This document shows positions 58,165 through 64,000 of a stretch of 64,000 bases of DNA, in pieces. The DNA is taken from the IMG/VR virus record IMGVR_UViG_3300035703_000006, positions 62,001 to 126,000 of that record. One strand, given 5' to 3'. Under the pieces are notes generated by a model. The model had not been told where the DNA came from and searched no databases. It worked only from the letters and a program-made list of their open reading frames with translations. Within the stretch, counting starts at the first letter, position 1. Each line of letters starts with the position of its first letter. Position numbers and translations under genes: made by a program.

Positions 58165-58894
58165 TTCACTTAGACCTCCAGTTACAAAGAGTTTGGCACT
58201 TCCTATTTTTGAAGTGCCAAACTTTACTTTAGATTATCCTGTGATTGATGTTCCAACACAGGAAGAGTTTGATGCTGCAGTAAAAGCAGATAAAGAAAAA
58301 CAACAACAGGAAATTGATAAACCAAGAGGATTGCCTGATACCTCCCCTCCTCAATTGCCTCAAGCACTTCAAACTCCCCCTTCTCAAACGCCCATTGCTG
58401 AAATACCAGCAGATAAACCTCAACTAACATTTGCCATCGGTGGAGTCGATATTAATCTACCTGATCCTTCTCTTGTTGCTACGGCAGGTGCTGTCGCAGT
58501 AGTTACGACTGCTGCAACTATGACTGCAACAACTGCACTTAATGCCCTTAAGAATGCAGCAGAACCATTAATTAAAGAGGCGACTAAGAATAAGTTTAAA
58601 ATCAAAATTAAACAAGTTAAACCAGTTCTGCATTATGTTTTAGCAGAAGGGGGTCATATTGATATTTTTGAGTATTCTTCTGAAGGAACTAAAATGATTG
58701 GTCAAACGGATAACGTAGAGCAATACATCCGTGACCAGGTTGAAATTAATGCCTTGTATGAGATTGATAATAAGATCATTATTGATGATGTAATCTCAAA
58801 TAAATTTACAAAAGAAGGGCAGAAGAGATTTAAACCTCTCTTTGCCCCTGCAAAAAAAATTGCTAAAAAACTTTCAGCAAGATTATCTTTTTAA
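57992..58894 (+). CDS. Hypothetical Pro/Gln-rich protein with an internal hydrophobic helix
   Basis: 300-aa ORF; ATAGAVAVVTTAATMTA segment. Confidence 0.65.
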   Translation: MIKMEINQIDNLRSPQLNQLQNQNLQQISQSQVPQLRVAQTVIQEIPQTIVDRLGQSNSLRPPVTKSLALPIFEVPNFTLDYPVIDVPTQEEFDAAVKADKEKQQQEIDKPRGLPDTSPPQLPQALQTPPSQTPIAEIPADKPQLTFAIGGVDINLPDPSLVATAGAVAVVTTAATMTATTALNALKNAAEPLIKEATKNKFKIKIKQVKPVLHYVLAEGGHIDIFEYSSEGTKMIGQTDNVEQYIRDQVEINALYEIDNKIIIDDVISNKFTKEGQKRFKPLFAPAKKIAKKLSARLSF

Positions 58895-59017
58895 AAATCT
58901 ATATTTGAAACGACCCAGGAAATAATTGCTGCTGGTATATAAGCAATTATGTTATATAAGGAATCAAGGAGAAAATTATTAAATCTTGATTCCTTTTTTT
59001 CTTCTTTCTTTTTTTCT

Positions 59018-59239
59018 TCAGACTTTTGTATTGTTTGAGTCATTTTTCTTTTTTAATTTGAATGCAGCATCACCAAGAAATGATCCCACAGCAAGAGTAA
59101 GAACCTTGGCATATGCATCTCTGTTTGTGGATTCCAATTCCACCATTCCTTCACTACGAATGGCAACGGATTCTACTGCAGAAATCATACAGGCACTCCA
59201 AACAATAAGAAATAATCTAACGATATTGAAGTAAATCAT
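59018..59239 (-). CDS. Small membrane protein
   Basis: Track ORF coupled to the nuclease gene; two hydrophobic stretches. Confidence 0.5.
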   Translation of the reverse strand: MIYFNIVRLFLIVWSACMISAVESVAIRSEGMVELESTNRDAYAKVLTLAVGSFLGDAAFKLKKKNDSNNTKV

Positions 59240-59649
59240 TTTTTTCTAATTTGCTTAAGAACATCAAAATTCTTGTTTTTTGTCCCACCATCATAGGCAA
59301 GGGCATAACCTTCAGTAATCATTTGTTCATTCAATGATGTTGCTTCTCCGTTAATAAACAAATGCCCTATAATACGACCATACTTTTCTGTAGAATCTGG
59401 AAGTTCTGTTTTGATAATAATATCTTTAGCACCTTCTACTCGATGCTTCAACCATTCTTTTGATTCTAAACCAAGTGCCTTTTCTTTGAGGTCTGTTGTT
59501 CTACTTTCTGGAGTATCTACACCAGCAAGACGAATGCGTTTTGTGAGGGAGATATCAAACCCCAAATCAATATCTGCGTCAATCGTATCACCATCGACGA
59601 CTTTGTGAATTTCACGAATTCTGTAAATATAAGGATCTTTGTTTTCCAT
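59236..59649 (-). CDS. Thermonuclease (SNase-like) family protein
   Basis: VVDGDT, RIRLAGVDTPE and KYGR motifs. Confidence 0.9.
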   Translation of the reverse strand: MENKDPYIYRIREIHKVVDGDTIDADIDLGFDISLTKRIRLAGVDTPESRTTDLKEKALGLESKEWLKHRVEGAKDIIIKTELPDSTEKYGRIIGHLFINGEATSLNEQMITEGYALAYDGGTKNKNFDVLKQIRKK

Positions 59650-59861
59650 CAGAAGGGTAAACCGAACTTCTGAGTATTTAGTTTGGGAATAGGTAATTTT
59701 TCAAATGCCTTATTGACTTGATTCTCTACAACTTTACCAACGAACTGCTCTGGGTTGTTGAGAATTGCTTCTGCTTTTTTATAAGTCACATAAGCACCAT
59801 AACAAAGTGCTCCACTAATCACTAAACTCGTTGTGGATAAAATAAGTGCTAGGTGTTTCAT
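59649..59861 (-). CDS. Small membrane-anchored protein
   Basis: N-terminal transmembrane helix; coupled stop/start. Confidence 0.6.
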   Translation of the reverse strand: MKHLALILSTTSLVISGALCYGAYVTYKKAEAILNNPEQFVGKVVENQVNKAFEKLPIPKLNTQKFGLPF

Positions 59862-59879
59862 TTTTTCTTTCCTCCTTTT

Positions 59880-60041
59880 TTAATCGTTCTTTTGTCGGGA
59901 CGAGAGTGTCCGTTCTTGTGAATCCATTTTGCCATCCTTCATTTCCTCATGTGCTAGTTTTAATATGTAGTAGATTACATATGCTGTAAAAATAAGACCA
60001 CAACTTAATATAATTACTACTCCCCAAGGAAATACGTTCAT
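59880..60041 (-). CDS. Small membrane protein (53 aa)
   Basis: FPWGVVIILSCGLIFTAYVIYYIL; read by eye. Confidence 0.55.
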   Translation of the reverse strand: MNVFPWGVVIILSCGLIFTAYVIYYILKLAHEEMKDGKMDSQERTLSSRQKND

Positions 60042-60235
60042 TCTCTTCCCTCTTCTTTATGAATCCAAACTTTCAAATTCTTTACATATTTTCTTAATAT
60101 TTCTGCTTGTGATAAGTGCCAGTCATCTCCAGTCTTGATATAGTTCTTAATGTGCTCATCAACAGCATCAAGACATTTTTTAATTACTGGATTCCAGGGT
60201 TCTCTAATTGGAGTATTCCATTCTCTTTTGGACAT
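60038..60235 (-). CDS. Conserved cyanophage hypothetical protein
   Basis: WNTPIREPWNPVIKKCLDAVD...W. Confidence 0.7.
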   Translation of the reverse strand: MSKREWNTPIREPWNPVIKKCLDAVDEHIKNYIKTGDDWHLSQAEILRKYVKNLKVWIHKEEGRE

Positions 60236-60335
60236 AAGTATTCAATAGTATAAAGTTGTCCTTTGTGTATAAAATCAATCTTACATAAATTCGGACCAAT
60301 CATAACATTACCAGCAATTAAAATTTCTAATAACA

Positions 60336-60449
60336 TTATTTCTTTTTGCCTCCATTTTTTGCTTTCTTGGCAGTTGCATTACCTTGATTTTGTTTAGGTT
60401 GCTTTCCACCACCAGATCCTTTCTTACCTTTATTTGCGGACTTGGACAT
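60336..60449 (-). CDS. 37-aa Lys/Gly-rich basic peptide
   Basis: MSKSANKGKKGSGGGKQPKQNQGNATAKKAKNGGKKK. Confidence 0.55.
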   Translation of the reverse strand: MSKSANKGKKGSGGGKQPKQNQGNATAKKAKNGGKKK

Positions 60450-61053
60450 TTTCTTGCATTTTTGGAGACTTAATATTTATTGAATTTGCGGGATCTATTG
60501 TAACAATTTTTGGTGGTTGTATGATGACATCGGAACATACTTTTGCATATGGACTTGTGGGGTGAAAGTCAATTCCACCTTTTTTTGCTTCTCCACATTT
60601 CAATAGTCTTACTAATTCAAAGTCAAGTCTTGCTTTTGCTGCTTCTGCGTCTTGTCTTGCAATCTCTGTACGAACTCTTTGCTTGCATAGTTCTTGTAAT
60701 GAACCATCTATGGGAATTGAGATTCCAGCAGATATTCCCGTATTCAGAGAGTTTTGTTGATATGATGTTGGATCTGTGTTATTGGAAAGGCTGTTGTATC
60801 CAAAAGTTTGAATATTAAATGTTGAACCTTGGCATGATACTCCTCCACCATAAGTATTCACAGCAAAAGGACCTTGTAGTACCTGAACGGCCTGGTTTGT
60901 GACATTACCAGTTGCAGATGCTGAAGGTCCTGCTATATTTGTATTTGAAGGTGCCTGTTGTGCATAGGCAGAGGAACACAATAATAAAGTTATTGTGTAA
61001 ATACTGAGATGCTGTTTGTAACCGATTCTTCTACGGTTTTGCGATCTATCCAT
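60430..61053 (-). CDS. Exported hypothetical protein (start uncertain)
   Basis: Signal-like LLLCSSAYA; VSCQG and four further Cys. Confidence 0.65.
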   Translation of the reverse strand: MDRSQNRRRIGYKQHLSIYTITLLLCSSAYAQQAPSNTNIAGPSASATGNVTNQAVQVLQGPFAVNTYGGGVSCQGSTFNIQTFGYNSLSNNTDPTSYQQNSLNTGISAGISIPIDGSLQELCKQRVRTEIARQDAEAAKARLDFELVRLLKCGEAKKGGIDFHPTSPYAKVCSDVIIQPPKIVTIDPANSINIKSPKMQENVQVRK

Positions 61054-61352
61054 GTTTCTTTAGAAATTCCAGGAGTCAATTGAGTCTCACTAAACTGGAA
61101 CGGAGCACCTTGATTAATGATTGTATAGTTCGCACCTGGACCTGGACGATCTGGGATATTGATATTAGTACCAGTGACTGTATAAGATGTCCCAGTAGAA
61201 TATTCTATTTGTTTAATAACTTCAATCACTTCAGTGCGAGTTTTAGTCTCGGAAGTAATTGTTCCACTTGTAAAGTTAGGAGTGACTGAACCAGCATACG
61301 AAGGAGCAATAACTCCCAAGACTGCAACCAGTCCGAGAGTTATATGTTTCAT
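60990..61352 (-). CDS. Exported beta-rich hypothetical protein
   Basis: Signal peptide; SYTVTGTNI and FQFSE motifs. Confidence 0.7.
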   Translation of the reverse strand: MKHITLGLVAVLGVIAPSYAGSVTPNFTSGTITSETKTRTEVIEVIKQIEYSTGTSYTVTGTNINIPDRPGPGANYTIINQGAPFQFSETQLTPGISKETWIDRKTVEESVTNSISVFTQ

Positions 61353-61810
61353 TTGAATACACTTAATTCAATACTACGTTGTGCTGTAGCAGTTGTACCA
61401 GAACCACCAGCAGTAATAGTAGGAACACCTGTACCTGATAATGTACCAGCGAGAGTACCTTTTTCTCCACCGATCTGAGTAACACTATCACCATAAAGAT
61501 TTGGTGAAGCAATCTGTCCTGAGGTAACTGTCTGAGAAGTTACATCAACATCAGCAGCATTGAAACTTTCTGAGAAAGTAAATGCTTGACCTGCTGTATT
61601 GATTGAGTATGTTCCTGCACCAGCAACACCGCCAAATGCAGATGATTGAATGTTGGTTCCTGAAACAGAATATGATGCTCCAATTCTCGTGGATTGAACC
61701 GCAGCACCCTGTACACCCAATTGAACAGAATCAGTGATTTTGGATGTAATTTCAGCAGCACTTACAGGAGTAACAAAGAATAACGAAAAGGCTAAAAAGA
61801 GTCTTTTCAT
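61349..61810 (-). CDS. Exported beta-rich hypothetical protein
   Basis: Signal peptide; SYSVSGTNI and FTFSE motifs; minus-strand TAAATA at 61834-61839. Confidence 0.75.
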   Translation of the reverse strand: MKRLFLAFSLFFVTPVSAAEITSKITDSVQLGVQGAAVQSTRIGASYSVSGTNIQSSAFGGVAGAGTYSINTAGQAFTFSESFNAADVDVTSQTVTSGQIASPNLYGDSVTQIGGEKGTLAGTLSGTGVPTITAGGSGTTATAQRSIELSVFK

Positions 61811-61851
61811 TTTTTTGTGACGAACACTACTTTTATTTAGTTCTTAGAGGC

Positions 61852-61885
61852 TTGACAGGAAGGATGGTGCGTAGTATGATAAATA
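61852..61885 (+). promoter_or_regulatory. Dual psbA promoter: TTGACA-17 bp-TATGAT overlapping late TAAATA
   Basis: TTGACA at 61852-61857, TATGAT at 61875-61880, TAAATA at 61880-61885. Confidence 0.8.
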
Positions 61886-61959
61886 GGTAAACAAATGTTA
61901 CGAAATCAAAACAATTCTTAACATTGTTAAACACCCGATTAACCGAGACCTATGGGTGT

Positions 61960-62050
61960 ATAAATTACGTCTCTCATGCCCACACTGGAGGGTGGTGTGG
62001 GAAATAACGTACTATCCAGTTCCCCCTGGACTTTTACTTACCCTTTAACG
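61960..62050 (+). ncRNA. Structured psbA leader, PhotoRC-II-like
   Basis: ACGTCTCTCAT, then CCCACAC/GTGTGGG and TCCAG/CTGGA hairpins directly 5' of psbA; family identity from recollection only. Confidence 0.5.
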
Positions 62051-62053
62051 AAA

Positions 62054-63064
62054 ATGACTGCTTCTATTGCACAACGCAATTCTACTACTAATCTCTGGGA
62101 ATCTTTTTGCCAGTGGGTTACTTCAACCGATAACCGCCTTTATGTGGGTTGGTTCGGTGTTCTTATGATTCCAACGTTGCTTGCTGCAACGACTTGCTTC
62201 ATCATCGCATTCATCGGTGCTCCCCCTGTGGACATTGATGGAATTCGTGAACCCGTTGCTGGTTCACTCATGTACGGAAACAACATCATCTCTGGTGCTG
62301 TGATTCCTTCGTCCAACGCAATTGGACTGCACTTTTACCCCATCTGGGAAGCTGCTTCTCTAGATGAATGGCTTTACAATGGTGGACCTTTCCAACTGGT
62401 AGTGTTCCACTTCCTCATTGGTATTTACTGCTATATGGGTCGTGAGTGGGAACTTTCATATCGTCTAGGTATGCGTCCTTGGATCATGGTTGCTTACTCT
62501 GCACCTGTTGCTGCTGCAAGCGCAGTGTTCCTGGTCTATCCTTTTGGTCAAGGTTCTTTCTCTGATGCAATGCCTCTAGGTATCTCTGGCACCTTTAACT
62601 ACATGCTTGTGTTCCAGGCAGAGCACAACATCCTGATGCACCCCTTCCATATGCTTGGAGTTGCTGGTGTGTTTGGTGGTTCTCTGTTCTCTGCTATGCA
62701 TGGATCTCTTGTTACCTCCTCACTGGTTCGTGAAACCACTGAGAATGAGTCACAGAACTATGGTTACAAGTTCGGTCAAGAAGAAGAGACTTACAATATT
62801 GTTGCTGCTCATGGTTATTTCGGACGCCTTATTTTCCAATACGCTTCCTTCAATAACTCCCGTTCGCTGCACTTCTTCCTCGCTGCCTGGCCTGTTGTCG
62901 GTATCTGGTTTACTGCTCTTGGTGTAAGCACTATGGCTTTTAACCTTAATGGATTTAATTTCAACCAGTCTATCGTTGATGGTCAGGGTAAGGTTATTAA
63001 CACTTGGGCTGACGTTCTGAACCGTGCAGGTCTGGGCATGGAAGTGATGCACGAGCGCAACGCT
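62054..63064 (+). CDS. psbA: Photosystem II D1 protein, exon 1 (337 codons)
   Basis: [15 protein letters not shown]...MHERNA; true start at 62054 (MTASIAQR). Confidence 0.98.
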
Positions 63065-63322
63065 AGATTTGTTGGTGTTGTTGCCTAGTAATAGGCATTA
63101 GAAAAATCGGGTTAAACGGGGAAACTCTCAAGTAGACAATCCCGTACCAAGTCAGAAAGGGTTTAAGTTTTCTGAAAGGTCTAACGACTAGGTAGTGAGT
63201 CCCAACAATAATCTACCCACGAATGCCCGACTCCTTAATAAACATAAGGATGAAGAGATAGTCTGAACTTACTGGCGACAGTAAGAAGTAAAGAATAAAG
63301 AGTCTTTACGATAACACAATTG
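63065..63322 (+). ncRNA. Group I intron (258 nt, IA-like, ORF-less) in psbA
   Basis: Exon ends in U and intron ends in G. P1: CAACGCU pairs with GGUGUUG. P3 TCGGG/CCCGA; P4 ACGGGGA/TCCCGT; P7 GACTA/TAGTC; extra P7.1 GGTAG/CTACC; P9 TTACTG-GCGA-CAGTAA. Removal restores HERNA|HNFPLDL. Confidence 0.95.
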
Positions 63323-63394
63323 CACAATTTCCCTCTTGACCTCGCAGCAGCAGAAGCAACACCAGTTGCTCTTACTGCTCCAACCATCGGTTGA
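63323..63394 (+). CDS. psbA: Photosystem II D1 protein, exon 2 (HNFPLDLAAAEATPVALTAPTIG)
   Basis: Canonical D1 C-terminus, in frame after intron removal; spliced product is 360 aa. Confidence 0.97.
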   Translation, partial: HNFPLDLAAAEATPVALTAPTIG

Positions 63395-63419
63395 GTTTCT
63401 TAAAAACTGAATAATAATC

Positions 63420-63447
63420 AGAGAGACCTTTACGGGTCTCTTTTTTT
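63420..63447 (+). terminator. Terminator after psbA
   Basis: AGAGACC/GGTCTCT stem followed by a T run. Confidence 0.85.
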
Positions 63448-63458
63448 GTGGTATAATA

Positions 63459-63466
63459 TATAAATA
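63459..63466 (+). promoter_or_regulatory. Late promoter TATAAATA
   Basis: Exact match 27 nt before ATG 63493. Confidence 0.75.
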
Positions 63467-63492
63467 GTTATGGAAAGTTATGAGCAACCTTT

Positions 63493-64000
63493 ATGGATTT
63501 GCACCAACTAGTAATATCTGAATGTGATAGAAGAGGATTGGAACTAATTCATCTTCCTGAAAAACTTGTTCGTCGTTCTACTGATGTGATTGTAAGTTGC
63601 CCTTGCACAGGTCAACGAAATATGAGCATAAGAAACTTTATTGTGACCTATGAAAAAGGTGGTGAAGCATTCTGTTGTAAAAGAAAAGCAAAAATTGGAA
63701 AGAATAATCCAGCATTTGGGAAACCAACTTGGAATGCAGGAACTGTTGGTGTATCAAAGAGTTATGGATTTTTCGGTTTTAAAGAAGAATGGTCTGATAG
63801 AGAAGATTACTTGTATTTTATTGAAACCATTTATGGAACATACAAGATAGGAAGGTCTTTTCATGGAATAAAATATCGTTTTACTGAAACTATAAAAGAA
63901 CTTGGTGAATGGAAAGCAACTCATAAAGAAGTGTTTGATTGTGAGAGATACATTTTGGATGCATATAAGCAGTATCAAAAGAAGATTAGTGGTATAATTG
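63493..64000 (+). CDS. Free-standing GIY-YIG/T5orf172-like putative homing endonuclease (3' truncated; not in track)
   Basis: Frame is open to the window end: Cys-rich N-terminus (CPC...CC), NUMOD3-like GKNNPAFGK, then YLYFIETIYGTYKIGRS...R...E. Confidence 0.65.
   Translation, partial: MDLHQLVISECDRRGLELIHLPEKLVRRSTDVIVSCPCTGQRNMSIRNFIVTYEKGGEAFCCKRKAKIGKNNPAFGKPTWNAGTVGVSKSYGFFGFKEEWSDREDYLYFIETIYGTYKIGRSFHGIKYRFTETIKELGEWKATHKEVFDCERYILDAYKQYQKKISGII

Noticed and set aside
1-58900. Numerous short minus-strand and alternate-frame track ORFs overlapping core genes
   Set aside because: Shadow frames of AT-rich coding DNA, with no motifs and no Shine-Dalgarno support.
61887-61901. Possible NtcA site GTA...TAC downstream of the psbA promoter
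   Set aside because: The spacing is GTA-N9-TAC, not the canonical N8.
61976-63088. Track ORF of 370 aa as the complete psbA
   Set aside because: The first 26 codons are structured leader (true start 62054), and the end RFVGVVA is intron read-through; the real C-terminus is at 63323-63394.
1-64000. CRISPR array, integrase, transposase, rRNA or stop-codon reassignment
   Set aside because: No regularly spaced repeats or such genes were seen; conserved genes are full length under the standard code.

Overview
The window is a 64-kb segment of an AT-rich T4-like cyanomyovirus (cyanophage) genome, almost all on the + strand. In order it carries: head genes (gp21 partial, gp22, gp23) and gp3; the recombination/replication core (uvsY, uvsW, gp55, gp47, gp46, gp45, gp44, gp62, regA, hsp20, gp43, uvsX, gp41, mazG, gp61, nrdA, nrdB); probable head-internal proteins; tRNA-Gly(TCC); a ~16-kb glycan-biosynthesis island (gmd, fcl, about nine glycosyltransferase-like genes, methyl- and acetyltransferases); photosynthesis/redox genes (two hli, petF, peroxiredoxin); a lysis-like cluster; a minus-strand block; and psbA. 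psbA is split by a 258-nt group I intron and is followed by a free-standing GIY-YIG-like endonuclease ORF that runs off the window end and is missing from the ORF track. The most unusual signal is at 31371-31898: two tandem glutamine (glnA-type) riboswitch-like elements, the second with a complete 50-codon ORF nested in its P2 loop, upstream of a DUF4278-like gene. All family assignments come from motif recognition by eye; no database search or folding computation was run.
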